Counted from the first letter of the stretch, positions 10,399 to 21,168 are shown. The stretch: DNA of 64,000 nucleotides from Candidatus Omnitrophota bacterium (GCA_016208765.1 JACQXK010000012.1:18152-82151); one strand, 5' to 3'. Program-made: numbers and translations. Notes: generated from the sequence alone by a model not told the origin.

Positions 10399-11492
10399 TA
10401 AGGGTATTCTCCTGAACGCGCAATATTCATCAGAATCCCTACACTGACCATATCAAAAATAAATGACGATCCTCCGTAGCTGATAAAAGGAAGAGGCAGG
10501 CCCTTAGTCGGAAAAACCCCGCAGGCAACGCCAATATTGATCGCAGCTTTTAAAGTAATCATCATAATTAATCCCAAACTCAAGAAATATCCAAATTTGT
10601 CCGGCGAGTTTTTCATTATCTTGATACCTTGCTGGATAAAGAGGATAAACAACAAAATTACTCCCACTGTCCCCAATAAACCAAGCTCCTCTCCGATAAT
10701 AGAGAAAATAAAGTCAGTGTGCCCCGCCGGTAAATAAAATAACTTCTGCTTTGAATGGCCTAAACCAACGCCAAAAATACCTCCTGAACCCAAAGCAATT
10801 TGCGACTGGATAATCTGAAAACCGCTTCCTTTGGGGTCTGCCCAGGGGTTAAGAAAAGCCATGATGCGCATCCTGCGATAAGGCACGCTGAATATTAATA
10901 CATAAAGAGCGGGTATACTGGCCAATAAGAGTGAAGCTAAATAAGAAAGCCTGACTCCGGATACAAAAAGCATCACAAACACCACTATACTTAAAGCAAG
11001 CGTTGTCCCTAAATCCGGCTGAAGAAGAATAAGTATAGCAGTAAAACCCAAGACGCACATCGGAGGCAAGAACCCGCGCAAAAAAGATTTGATCAAATCG
11101 CCTTTTCTTGCAATAAAATCAGCAATATAAATAATTACAGCAAGATTGGCAAATTCTGACGGTTGAAAACTGATGAATTTAAAACGAAACCACCTGCGCG
11201 CGCCTGAAACTTCTCTACCGACTCCAGGAATTAAGACTAAAACCAGCAGAATAAAAGAAATAATTAATAACGGCCTGGCATAACGGCTGAACTTACGGTA
11301 ATCCACGCACATGGCAATAAAAGTCAGGATCGCCCCTATCAAAACAAAACTTAAATGCCTTTTTAGAAAAAAGAAGCCGTCTTTATACCTCTCCCAGGCA
11401 TAAATACTGGAAGAGCTATAAATCATCACCATGCCGATACAAATCAAAATAACCGAAATAGAAAATATGTTGATTCTAATACTTCGCGCCAT
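10398..11492 (-). CDS. ftsW: cell division protein FtsW (SEDS family)
   Basis: 364 aa polytopic membrane protein, SEDS motifs, position between murD and murG. Confidence 0.8.
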   Translation of the reverse strand: MARSIRINIFSISVILICIGMVMIYSSSSIYAWERYKDGFFFLKRHLSFVLIGAILTFIAMCVDYRKFSRYARPLLIISFILLVLVLIPGVGREVSGARRWFRFKFISFQPSEFANLAVIIYIADFIARKGDLIKSFLRGFLPPMCVLGFTAILILLQPDLGTTLALSIVVFVMLFVSGVRLSYLASLLLASIPALYVLIFSVPYRRMRIMAFLNPWADPKGSGFQIIQSQIALGSGGIFGVGLGHSKQKLFYLPAGHTDFIFSIIGEELGLLGTVGVILLFILFIQQGIKIMKNSPDKFGYFLSLGLIMMITLKAAINIGVACGVFPTKGLPLPFISYGGSSFIFDMVSVGILMNIARSGEYP

Positions 11493-12750
11493 TTTTCACC
11501 AAATCTAAAACAATCTCTTTAAATACCCTGCCTCTTTGTTCATAGTCGCTAAACATATCAAAACTTGCGCACATAGGAGAAAGTAAAACTGAGTCTCCGG
11601 GATTTGCTTTACAAAACGCCAAACTCACTGCATCTTTCAGGGTATTTGCTTCATGCACAGATAAATCATTCTGCAGGGAGTTTTTAATTTTCTCCCTTGC
11701 CTCACCGATTAAGATCACTTCTCTGACCTTGCCGCGCGCAGCAGGTAAAACTTGCTCGTAATGCAAGCCCTTATCTTTTCCTCCGGCAATTAAAATTATC
11801 GGGCTGTTGATGCTGCGCAATGCCCACATTGCCGACTCAACAGTAGTGGCCTTTGAATCATTAATGAATTTAACCTGATTAATTTCTGCCACAAATTCCA
11901 TACGATGTTCAACTCCGCCAAAATCATTAAAGACCTTACGGCATAAATCTTCGTTAATACCCAAAATAGACCCGACTGCCATAACCGCAGAGTGATTCGG
12001 ATTTAAACCGTTAACCTTGCCAAATAAAACCACCTTTGCCCTGGAGTCATTTGCAGCCTGGCGTAAAACAGGGTCATCAGAATTAAACACCGCATAATCA
12101 GAAGCGTCCTGATTGATAAAAATGCGTTTTTTAGCATCCAGATATTGCTCTATGGCAGTATACCTGTCCATATGGTTGCGGGTGAAATTAAGCAATACTG
12201 AAACCTTAGGCTTAAAATCACGTATATTTTCCAGCTGAAATGAGCTTACCTCAAGCGACACATAATCATCTGCTTTCATTCTTTCCACTTCACCGGAAAA
12301 AGGCCTGCCGATATTTCCGCATACAAAGACTTTTTTTCCGGCTGCTTCCAAAATCTTGCCGATTAAAGTAGTTACGGTTGTCTTTCCATTTGAACCTGTA
12401 ACTGCAATTATATTAGCCGGGCACAAAACCCAGGCAAGTTCAATCTCGCTAATCACCGGGATGCCTTGTTCTTTTGCCCAAGATATCGGCATCGCCTCAT
12501 TCGGGACACCCGGAGAAATCACCAGTAAATCATTGCCTTTGATAAAATCCTGCGAATGCCCTCCCAGTTCAACCTTGATATTCGCTGATCTCAATTTCTT
12601 CTTATTATTAAATACCAAATCATCAGATTTATTATCGGTAATACTTACCCGCGCGCCCAAATCAAAAAGCAAATTTGCACAAGCAAGCCCGCTGCGGGCA
12701 AACCCGACAATTACTATTCTCTTTCCTTTAAAATAATCTTGATTTCTCAT
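11476..12750 (-). CDS. murD: UDP-N-acetylmuramoylalanine--D-glutamate ligase
   Basis: 424 aa Mur ligase, VTGSNGKTTVTTL P-loop. Confidence 0.85.
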   Translation of the reverse strand: MRNQDYFKGKRIVIVGFARSGLACANLLFDLGARVSITDNKSDDLVFNNKKKLRSANIKVELGGHSQDFIKGNDLLVISPGVPNEAMPISWAKEQGIPVISEIELAWVLCPANIIAVTGSNGKTTVTTLIGKILEAAGKKVFVCGNIGRPFSGEVERMKADDYVSLEVSSFQLENIRDFKPKVSVLLNFTRNHMDRYTAIEQYLDAKKRIFINQDASDYAVFNSDDPVLRQAANDSRAKVVLFGKVNGLNPNHSAVMAVGSILGINEDLCRKVFNDFGGVEHRMEFVAEINQVKFINDSKATTVESAMWALRSINSPIILIAGGKDKGLHYEQVLPAARGKVREVILIGEAREKIKNSLQNDLSVHEANTLKDAVSLAFCKANPGDSVLLSPMCASFDMFSDYEQRGRVFKEIVLDLVKNGAKY

Positions 12751-12755
12751 TTATC

Positions 12756-13844
12756 CTACCGGGTCTTTAAGGTAACTAATGCCAAAAGCGCTAAAAAGCT
12801 TGCGATAATCCAAAACCTGACGATCACTTTATTTTCCGGCCAATTTAAAAACTGAAAATGGTGATGCAAAGGAGCGATTTTAAAAATGCGCCTTTTAAAG
12901 AAACGAAACGATGCTACCTGTAAGATCACAGATAAAGCCTCAAGCACAAAAATCCCTCCCACAATCACAAGAAGCAATTCTTTCTTTATCAATAATGCAA
13001 CCGTGCCAAGCGCGCCACCCAGCGCAAGGGAACCCACATCTCCCATAAAAATAGAAGCAGGGTAACAATTGAACCACAAGAAACCAAGCCCTGCGCCAAG
13101 GATGCTGGCGCAAAAAACCGTTAGCTCCCCGGCTCCTTTTATATAAGGAATTAAAAGATAACTGCTGAATTTAATATTCCCTGAAACATAACACAGCACA
13201 CTAAAGGCAATCGCCACCATTACCACTATCCCGCTTGCTAAGCCATCAAGCCCGTCAGTTAGGTTTACCGCATTAGACGAGCCGGTAATCACTAAAATAA
13301 CAAAAATAATATACAATCCGTCTAAATTCAAAGAAACGTCTTTTAAGAAAGGCACATCCAGCCTGATATTCCCCGGTGAATCAAAAAACAACACCAGGCC
13401 TATGATCAAACCCAAAACTATCTGGCTTGTAAATTTGGCTGTGGCAGTCAGGCCCTTGGATTGCTTCTTAACCTGCTTCAGGTAATCATCAACAAATCCA
13501 GTAGCGCCAAGCCAAAGCGTGCTGAACAAAGCGATTAAAATGTACTTATTAAAGATCTCCGCCCAGAGCAGCGTTGAAATCGTAATCGCCAGAAGAATTA
13601 ATATTCCGCCCATTGTCGGAGTATCTTTTTTTGAGGCATGTAACTCATGCAGCCGCGCAGAATCATCTTTGCGGATCTTCTCTCCGATCTTTAACTCTTT
13701 TAATTTGCGGATCACAATCGGCCCAAGGATCAGGCTAATTACAAAAGCAGTTAAAGCGGCCATTGCCGCCCTAAAAGTAATATAACGAAAAACATTTAAT
13801 GCTGAAAATAATTCATGCAAAGGAAACAATAAATAATACAGCAT
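12756..13844 (-). CDS. mraY: phospho-N-acetylmuramoyl-pentapeptide transferase
   Basis: 362 aa, 10-TM, NAVNLTDGLDGLA motif. Confidence 0.9.
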   Translation of the reverse strand: MLYYLLFPLHELFSALNVFRYITFRAAMAALTAFVISLILGPIVIRKLKELKIGEKIRKDDSARLHELHASKKDTPTMGGILILLAITISTLLWAEIFNKYILIALFSTLWLGATGFVDDYLKQVKKQSKGLTATAKFTSQIVLGLIIGLVLFFDSPGNIRLDVPFLKDVSLNLDGLYIIFVILVITGSSNAVNLTDGLDGLASGIVVMVAIAFSVLCYVSGNIKFSSYLLIPYIKGAGELTVFCASILGAGLGFLWFNCYPASIFMGDVGSLALGGALGTVALLIKKELLLVIVGGIFVLEALSVILQVASFRFFKRRIFKIAPLHHHFQFLNWPENKVIVRFWIIASFLALLALVTLKTR

Positions 13845-15205
13845 TACTTAAAAACCTCCTCCATCTTCATTGAGCGGGAACCCTTGACTAAAATAACATC
13901 TCTATCGTTAATAGAAATTTTGTTCAACAAAATATCGCGCGCCTTTTTACTGGAATCACAGATAAAAATATTATTCCTGTTAAAACCATACTCTTGCATC
14001 GCCTTTGCAGCAAGGCCTGACAATCTGCCTACAGCGATAAAAGCGTCGCAAACCCCTGCAGCATGCTTTCCTGCCTCTTTATGCAAAACATCGCTGCTTT
14101 TACCAAGTTCAAGCATATCCCCCATTACAATAATCTTTCTCCCGCCTGCTTTATAGTCTGCAAATGCCTTAATCGCCTGCAACAAAGAATTGGGATTAGA
14201 ATTATAGGTATCATCAATAAAAGTAAAATTATTTACTTTTTTTAATTGAAACCTGCCGGAGGGAAAGTCAAATGATTTAAGGCCTGAAGCAATTTTTTCG
14301 TAAGACAAACCAAATATCCTGGCAATACTAATTGCAGCCAAGGCATTATAAAGATTATGCCTTCCAAAAGTATTTAGAACAAATTTGTTTTTTGCATTAT
14401 TAACAAAGAATTCCAGTTTATTGGCATTACTTTTCAGCTTTGAAACAGAAAAATCTGCTTTCCTTGCAATACCGAATGACAAAAGCCTTTTATTCGCATT
14501 TATCTTCCCGTTTAAATTAATGTCATCGGCATTTAAAATCCCGAAGTTTGGTAACCTTAGATTTTTTATCAAAGAATATTTTTCCTGGCAAACCCCATTT
14601 AAGTCTTTAAGAAATTCCAAATGCGACGGGCCGATATTAGTGATCAAGCCGATATTAGGCTGGCAGATTTTAGAAAGATAGTCAATTTCTCCGAAATGAT
14701 TTGTCCCCAATTCAATTACCGCAAGATCAAAACTTTCATCCAAATTCAATAAAGTCAGGGGGACTCCGATATGGTTGTTTTTTGTGCCTTCATTCTTTAA
14801 TACTTTAAATTTTAAAGATAAAACATGGGCAATCATTTCCTTGGTGGTGGTTTTTCCGTTTGAGCCGGTAACCGCGATGACAGGAATCTTAAACCTCTTG
14901 CGCCAGAACCTGGCAATGTCTCCCAATGCTTTAGTAGTATCTTTTACTTCTATAATATTTAAGCTGTTTAATCCTTGTAAGCGAGAATTAAATTGTAAAG
15001 AAGAGACTATAACCGTATCTATTCCTCTTCTAACTACCTCTTCAATAAAATCATGGCCGTCAAATTTATCACCCTTAATTGCAAGAAAAGCAAAACGCGG
15101 TTTAATCAGGCGTGAATCAGTAGAGATCCCATCAACAAAAGAATCCTTATTCCCGCTAATTAAACTTCCATTTGCAGCCCTTGCTAAGTCAGCGATTTTA
15201 AACAT
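13844..15205 (-). CDS. murF: UDP-N-acetylmuramoyl-tripeptide--D-alanyl-D-alanine ligase
   Basis: 453 aa Mur ligase, VTGSNGKTTTKEM P-loop. Confidence 0.85.
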   Translation of the reverse strand: MFKIADLARAANGSLISGNKDSFVDGISTDSRLIKPRFAFLAIKGDKFDGHDFIEEVVRRGIDTVIVSSLQFNSRLQGLNSLNIIEVKDTTKALGDIARFWRKRFKIPVIAVTGSNGKTTTKEMIAHVLSLKFKVLKNEGTKNNHIGVPLTLLNLDESFDLAVIELGTNHFGEIDYLSKICQPNIGLITNIGPSHLEFLKDLNGVCQEKYSLIKNLRLPNFGILNADDINLNGKINANKRLLSFGIARKADFSVSKLKSNANKLEFFVNNAKNKFVLNTFGRHNLYNALAAISIARIFGLSYEKIASGLKSFDFPSGRFQLKKVNNFTFIDDTYNSNPNSLLQAIKAFADYKAGGRKIIVMGDMLELGKSSDVLHKEAGKHAAGVCDAFIAVGRLSGLAAKAMQEYGFNRNNIFICDSSKKARDILLNKISINDRDVILVKGSRSMKMEEVFK

Positions 15206-16647
15206 TCTTTAATTACCTCGCGATCATCAAAATTTAAAATTTTATCCTGAATAATCTGATAATTTTCATGCCCCTTACCGGCAACCAAAACAACATCTCC
15301 TGGTTTTGCCAAAGCCAAAGACATTTTAATTGCGGCAGAACGCTCAGGGATGATGCAATAATTGTTTTTGGTAATACCCTTTCTAATATCTTCAATAATT
15401 GAGTGGGGGTCCTCATGGCGGGGATTATCATTAGTTACAATAGCATAATCCGATAACTCAGTCACTACGCGCCCCATTTTCGGCCTTTTGCCTTTATCCC
15501 GCTCACCTCCGCATCCAAAAACTACAATCATTTTCTTATTGCATAATGGCCGCAGCGACCCGATAATATTTTTTTATTCTTTTTCGGTATGCGCATAATC
15601 AACAAATACAGAGTAATTCCTCCCCATGGAAACCTTCTCCAGCCTTCCCGGAACGTTATAAAAATTCTCCAAGCCGGATTTAATTGCCTCAAGGCCAAGC
15701 CCCTCTTTATAACCCCATGCGGCAGATGCCAAAAGATTATAAACATTGTGCCTTCCGATTAAGCGTGACTTAAGATCTATGCTGCCAGACGGAGTATGCA
15801 GTTCAAATTCCGTATGCGAGCAATCAAACCTGATATTTCTTGCGGTGATATCAGCGGAATTCCTAATGCCATAGGTAATCACTTCGGCTTTAGTCATCTT
15901 AGCTAACCTCAAACCGCAAGGATCGTCATTATTTAAAACAGCAAACGCTTGAGACGAAAGATTTTGAAAAAGTTTGGCCTTACACTCAAAATAACTCTTA
16001 AGTGTTTTATGATAATCCAGATGATCCTGCGTAAGATTTGTAAAAATTGCCGAATTAAAATCAACTGCCAGCGTCCTGTCCTGGTCAAGAGCATGTGAAG
16101 AAACTTCCATTACCGTATAATCAACTCCCGCCTTAAGCATTGTAGAAAGCATTGACTGCAGCTCTACCGGCCCCGGAGTAGTATTAGTAGATGGAATTTC
16201 TTTATTACAGAACCGGTAATTGATCGTACCGATAACTCCTGGCACAAACCCTGCCGCAGAAAGCAAAGACTCAATTAAATAAGTAATTGTTGTCTTTCCG
16301 TTTGTCCCTGTAACTCCCGCCACTTTCATGTTTAAAGAAGGATTACCGTAAAACTGCGCGGCCAATTTTGCTATGCATGTGCGAGTATCTTTAACCTTGA
16401 TAAAAGGTATTTTTGTTCCCAAGCAAGCTGCGGATGCTGATGATTCATGGACGATAATAAGCTTCGCTCCGCGGCCAATCGCTTCATTGATAAATCTGGC
16501 TCCATCTTCCCGCGCGCCCTTAACCGCAACAAAAACGAAATTCTTTCTAACGCGTTTTGAATTAGAGCTTATTCCGGCAACTTCAAAATCGCAAAAATCA
16601 GGAATCTCGGCAACACCTAATGGCCTAATAAATTCTTTTATTCTCAT
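15184..16647 (-). pseudogene. murE: UDP-N-acetylmuramoyl-L-alanyl-D-glutamate--2,6-diaminopimelate ligase, reading frame interrupted by a single in-frame TAA (plus 15574-15576) inside an A7 run; two ORF pieces 15574..16647 and 15184..15531 are in the same frame
   Basis: N piece ends ...VDYAHTEKE*; C piece continues KNIIGSLRPLCNKKMIVVFGCGGERDKGKRP, colinear with E. coli MurE (YAHT-22 aa-FGCGGDRD) with no length change. Confidence 0.6.
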
Positions 16648-18349
16648 TTAAAGCAACAACCTCTCTATCCCGCTGCATTGTTTTTAAATATTTTACAGCA
16701 TCGTGCGCAACGCTCTTAAACACCGGGGCAGCAACCACACCGCCATAATAATTGGGGTGCGGCTCATCCACCATTACCACAATCGTTACAAGCGGTTCTT
16801 CCGCAGGCGCAAAGCCAATAAAAGAACCGACAAATTTGCTATGCGAATATGTTCCATTTGGTTCCAGCTTTTGAGCAGTCCCGGTTTTCCCTGCAGCGCT
16901 TAAACCCTCAATTTTAGCCAGCCTACCGGTCCCCTCTTCCACTACGCCGGTAAGTATCTTACGGATCCTGGAAGCAGTATCCAAAGACAAAGTCTTATTT
17001 GTCATTACCGGAGAATTCCTTTTAATAACCTCTCCTTGTTTATCGCGGATTTCCTGAATGATATAAGGGCGCATAAGCTGCCCGCCGTTTGCAAATACTG
17101 AATAAGCTGCTGCTAATTGTATCGCCGTAACCCCCACCTCTTGCCCGATAGGTATCGCAGAAATAGAAACCTTTGACCACTGTTTGGGAGGTTTTGCCAC
17201 GCCATTTATCTCGCCTAACATATCAATCCCGGTTTTTGAACCGAAACCGAATAACTTCATGTAGCGATAAACAACCTCAGGGCCCAAAATCTGGGCAACC
17301 TTCACTGTGCCGATATTGCTTGACTCCTCAATCACTTCGCGAAAACTTAACCACCCCTTAGGCTCATGGTCATGCAGTATATGATTTGCCACACGGTACT
17401 CGCCGTTCTCGCAGAAAAACCTGTCTTCTTCTTTTACTTTCTTCTCTTCAATTGCCGCCGAAGCAGTAACAACCTTAAAAACCGATCCCGGCTCAAACAT
17501 ATCGCATAAAGCCCGATTGCGAGTTATATCTTTATTCACATCCGCATGATTATTCAAATCATAAGTAGGCCGGTTTGCCAGAGCTAAAATTGCACCGGTA
17601 TGAGGATCCATCACCACAATACAAGCGCCCTTGGCATTATGTGTTTTAAAAGCCTTGTCTAATTCGCGCTCTGCAATATACTGTATTACTTCATCAATAG
17701 TCAAAACCACATCATAACCGTCTTTGGGCAAAACCATCTGCTGCCAAAGATCAAGTTTATTTTGCCTGGCATCCCTTAAATAAATTCCCCACCCTTGCTC
17801 GCCTTTTAAGTATTTATCAAGATAAAGCTCCATGCCTTCCAATCCCGTATTGTCTACCCCGGCAAAACCCAAAATATGGCTGGCAAGGTAACTGTTTGGA
17901 TACGAGCGTTTGCTTTCTTTAATAAAACCTAAACCTTTAATTTTTAGTTGTTTAATTGCCTCTGACTGTTCCGGAGTGATTTTCCTGGCAAGCCAGATAA
18001 ATGATTTTTTGCGGCTGAGGCGCTGGCGCAGATAAGAAGAATTGACACTTAAAATTGAAGAAAGTTTGCCAATAACAAATTCTTTGTCTTTTTCTTTTAT
18101 GGAATTTGGCGAGGCATATAGCGAATCTACAGGAATATTTACTGCCTGAGGCTTAAGATTTGAGTCAAAAATCGTTCCCCTACGAGGTTCTAATTCAACA
18201 AAAAGATTATGTTGTTTACGCGCAATTTCTGCCAAATAATTAAACCGGAAGAATTGAACATAAAAAAGGCGGGCAATACAGAATAAAAGGAAAATAAGGA
18301 AGAATAAAAATACCGCCTCGCACCTGCGGCGATAATCGCTTATATACAC
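16625..18349 (-). CDS. ftsI: peptidoglycan D,D-transpeptidase FtsI (class B PBP)
   Basis: 574 aa, N-terminal TM, transpeptidase SxxK/SxN/KTG motifs (KTGTA). Confidence 0.85.
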   Translation of the reverse strand: MYISDYRRRCEAVFLFFLIFLLFCIARLFYVQFFRFNYLAEIARKQHNLFVELEPRRGTIFDSNLKPQAVNIPVDSLYASPNSIKEKDKEFVIGKLSSILSVNSSYLRQRLSRKKSFIWLARKITPEQSEAIKQLKIKGLGFIKESKRSYPNSYLASHILGFAGVDNTGLEGMELYLDKYLKGEQGWGIYLRDARQNKLDLWQQMVLPKDGYDVVLTIDEVIQYIAERELDKAFKTHNAKGACIVVMDPHTGAILALANRPTYDLNNHADVNKDITRNRALCDMFEPGSVFKVVTASAAIEEKKVKEEDRFFCENGEYRVANHILHDHEPKGWLSFREVIEESSNIGTVKVAQILGPEVVYRYMKLFGFGSKTGIDMLGEINGVAKPPKQWSKVSISAIPIGQEVGVTAIQLAAAYSVFANGGQLMRPYIIQEIRDKQGEVIKRNSPVMTNKTLSLDTASRIRKILTGVVEEGTGRLAKIEGLSAAGKTGTAQKLEPNGTYSHSKFVGSFIGFAPAEEPLVTIVVMVDEPHPNYYGGVVAAPVFKSVAHDAVKYLKTMQRDREVVALNENKRIY

Positions 18350-18370
18350 TTAAGTTTTATATTAAAGATT

Positions 18371-18739
18371 TTAAGGGGTGATTGTTCTTGCTTCAGCCTG
18401 CCGCTTAACCCCAAAGATTTTTGATAACAGAGTTTCCCTGCCAGCCGGCTGGTTATTTAACCTGAAACCATCTCTTGTCGGAGCCAGCCTTACTAATCTG
18501 TAAGTATCAGGCATCTGAAAATCATTGGAGCCGGAAATCTTATTACCGATACGTGTCAACGATGCTCCTGATTTAATATTATACTTTAATACATAATTTT
18601 TATCAAGCAAATCCTGGAACACAACCTCTTTTTTTTGTCCGGTATAAGCAAGGCGGAAGATCTCAGTCTGCTGGTAAACATAAAGCAAAGAAAAGCAGGT
18701 GATAAAGCCGACTATGGATAAAAACCGGGTCAAATTCAT
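18371..18739 (-). CDS. ftsL: cell division protein FtsL-like
   Basis: 122 aa, single TM, position between rsmH and ftsI. Confidence 0.55.
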   Translation of the reverse strand: MNLTRFLSIVGFITCFSLLYVYQQTEIFRLAYTGQKKEVVFQDLLDKNYVLKYNIKSGASLTRIGNKISGSNDFQMPDTYRLVRLAPTRDGFRLNNQPAGRETLLSKIFGVKRQAEARTITP

Positions 18740-19636
18740 TTACAGTCTTTCTGCCACCCTAAGTTTACTGCTACGGCTGGAAGGGTTGGCTCTTACTTCC
18801 GATAAAGCCGCAGTCAAAGGTTTAGGAGTAATTATCTCAATTTTATTTTCCGCACTCGCTTTGCGAAAAGCAAACTTAATTGCCCTGTCTTCAAGCGAAT
18901 GAAAAGAAATTACGCAAATTCTTGCTTTTTTGTTCAAAACTTCTATGGCCTTGTTAACAGAAGATTCTAAAATTTCCAACTCTCTATTTACGGCAATACG
19001 CACTGCCTGAAAGGTACGGGTCGCCGGATGGATCCTGTAATGCCTATGCCTGAATCTTCCGGGGATAGAGCGTACAACAATTTCTGATAACTCCGAAGTA
19101 GTTGTAACCGGGCGCTTTTCTCTTTCCTCAACCAATAAATGCGCAATCCGGTTATGCCAACGCTCCTGCCCAAAATCACGCAACAAATGCGAGATCTCCT
19201 CTTGAGTAAGATTGTTCACCAAATCATACGCAGAAATATAACTGTCTCTGTCCATCCTCATATCTAAGGGACCTTCTTCCTGAAAGCTAAATCCTCTTTG
19301 CGGATCGCTTAGCTGAAAAGAAGAAATCCCTAGATCAAATATTATACCATCAACTTTCTGAATTCCCAAATTTTCCAGCACCGTATCAAGCTGGGTAAAG
19401 TTTGCATGCACAAACTCACAGGCAGAGCCAAAATCAGAGAGCCTCTTTTTACAAATTTCAAGCGACTCTCTGTCTCGGTCAATTCCAATCAGCCTCCCTC
19501 CAGGAGTGATCTTTTCTAAAATTGCCTGACTGTGCCCTCCAGTACCCATAGTCGCATCAACTATCACTTGGCCGGGCTTAAGGCAAAGATATTCTAAAAC
19601 TTCGTTTAACATAACTGGTATATGATATTTAAACAC
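18740..19636 (-). CDS. rsmH: 16S rRNA (cytosine1402-N4)-methyltransferase
   Basis: 298 aa, MraW family, VDATMGTGGHS motif. Confidence 0.9.
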   Translation of the reverse strand: MFKYHIPVMLNEVLEYLCLKPGQVIVDATMGTGGHSQAILEKITPGGRLIGIDRDRESLEICKKRLSDFGSACEFVHANFTQLDTVLENLGIQKVDGIIFDLGISSFQLSDPQRGFSFQEEGPLDMRMDRDSYISAYDLVNNLTQEEISHLLRDFGQERWHNRIAHLLVEEREKRPVTTTSELSEIVVRSIPGRFRHRHYRIHPATRTFQAVRIAVNRELEILESSVNKAIEVLNKKARICVISFHSLEDRAIKFAFRKASAENKIEIITPKPLTAALSEVRANPSSRSSKLRVAERL

Positions 19637-19639
19637 AAT

Positions 19640-20077
19640 CTATTCCTGCACTAATTTCTCGGCAATCTCTTCAAATGACTGCTGTGACGAACTATAAAAC
19701 TCATTCCATTTATCCTTTGCCCAAATTTCTATTCTATTAGAAACACCCACAAGCACAACATCTTTTTTGATCCCGGCGTATTCCTTTAAATACTGCGGAA
19801 GAAGTATTCTCCCTTGCTTGTCAGGAATAATTTCAACAGCACCGGAAAATAAAAAACGGTTAAATGCCCGCGCCTGCTGTTTGGTAAAAGAAAGTGATTT
19901 GAATTTTGTTTCCTGCGATCGCCATTCTTCTTCAGAAAATACAAAAAGGCATTTATCCAAACCGCGTGTAACAAAAAACTTTTCAATAAAATGCGCTTTG
20001 GCCGTGTCCCGGAATTTAGCCGGAAAAATCAGCCTTCCCTTACGGTCTACAGAATGCGCGTATTCTCCATAAAACAT
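19640..20077 (-). CDS. mraZ: transcriptional regulator MraZ
   Basis: 145 aa, duplicated MraZ/SpoVT-AbrB half domains, first gene of the division/cell-wall cluster. Confidence 0.85.
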   Translation of the reverse strand: MFYGEYAHSVDRKGRLIFPAKFRDTAKAHFIEKFFVTRGLDKCLFVFSEEEWRSQETKFKSLSFTKQQARAFNRFLFSGAVEIIPDKQGRILLPQYLKEYAGIKKDVVLVGVSNRIEIWAKDKWNEFYSSSQQSFEEIAEKLVQE

Positions 20078-20090
20078 ATTTTTCGCCTTT

Positions 20091-20120
20091 CCACTTCACT
20101 CCACTTTCAACCACTTTGTA
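20091..20120 (-). promoter_or_regulatory. three direct AAGTGG repeats at exact 10-bp spacing (MraZ-box-like operator) just downstream of the mraZ promoter
   Basis: minus strand TACAAAGTGG TTGAAAGTGG AGTGAAGTGG; MraZ is known to bind direct repeats at helical periodicity in its own promoter. Confidence 0.6.
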
Positions 20121-20125
20121 CTCAA

Positions 20126-20154
20126 AGTATATGAAAAATACACAATTATGTCAA
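20126..20154 (-). promoter_or_regulatory. sigma70-type promoter of the mraZ/division cluster operon (TTGACA-17-TATACT)
   Basis: minus strand TTGACA at 20154..20149, TATACT at 20131..20126. Confidence 0.65.
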
Positions 20155-20232
20155 GAGAATAATTACCTAACTTGAGCATTTACAACAATTAGTGTATTCA
20201 TGAAGTGATTATAACTATATATTGTGGTGAGT

Positions 20233-21159
20233 TTAAGGGAGGGAAAATATTGCTTTTGCTTTCTTTATATCTTTTTTTACCTGCACGGACAAATCGTGCA
20301 AAGAAACAAATTTTTTATCTTCTCTGATCTTTTTTACAAACTCTATTAATAAATCTTTTTTATACACATTCATATTAAAATTAAAAATATGCGTTTCTAT
20401 ATGGACAGGCAGATCTGCTGCGCAAAGCGCATTTCTTGCTAACAGCGTGGGCCTTGTTCCGATATAGCAAATACCGAAAAACTTTTGTTTGTTTATCCTT
20501 ACTGCTACCGCATAAATTCCGATTGGCGGTATCACCTCATGATGAGGGTTAATATTTGCCGTCGGAAAACCAAGGCTGCGGGCTATAAAATTACCGCGGA
20601 TAACCGTACCCAGGATACTCACCGGACGAGTAAGCAACTTCTCTGATTTTTTTAATTGGCCGGATTTGATCAGCCGGCGGATATTGGTGCTGCTGACCGG
20701 CTGGCCGTTGACCTTAATTACTTCAAATGATTTTAAACTAAAATTCCCGGCCTTTGAAAACTCAGAGAGCATTTTACAATTTCCCCGGGCAAGGCTTCCG
20801 AAACGAAAATTCTTACCCACGTATACATACCGTGCGCGGATCTTCTTAATTAAAATAATTTTAACAAAATCCACCGCTTTCATCCGGGCAAAAGCCTCAT
20901 TAAAATTTACTACAATACAAACATCTGCGCCTAATTCAGAAAAAAGTTTTAAGCGATGGTTTAAGGAGTAGATACTGCCTTGTTTTTGCGGATGCGGGTC
21001 AAAAGTTACAACTACGCTTGTCCCGTTTATTTCGTTAGCTTTTTTAACACAGGCGCTTATGATCCTGCTGTGCCCGCGGTGAACCCCGTCAAATACTCCC
21101 AACGCCACTACAGGCTTATTGATATTACCAATCTGATTAAATCCTTTAAATACACGCAT
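20233..21159 (-). CDS. ribF: bifunctional riboflavin kinase / FMN adenylyltransferase
   Basis: 308 aa, FAD synthetase N-domain (GVFDGVHRGH) plus riboflavin kinase C-domain. Confidence 0.85.
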   Translation of the reverse strand: MRVFKGFNQIGNINKPVVALGVFDGVHRGHSRIISACVKKANEINGTSVVVTFDPHPQKQGSIYSLNHRLKLFSELGADVCIVVNFNEAFARMKAVDFVKIILIKKIRARYVYVGKNFRFGSLARGNCKMLSEFSKAGNFSLKSFEVIKVNGQPVSSTNIRRLIKSGQLKKSEKLLTRPVSILGTVIRGNFIARSLGFPTANINPHHEVIPPIGIYAVAVRINKQKFFGICYIGTRPTLLARNALCAADLPVHIETHIFNFNMNVYKKDLLIEFVKKIREDKKFVSLHDLSVQVKKDIKKAKAIFSLP

Positions 21160-21168
21160 AATTCTTAA

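Noticed and set aside
12356-12736. 126-aa plus-strand ORF
   Set aside because: Antisense inside murD; spurious.
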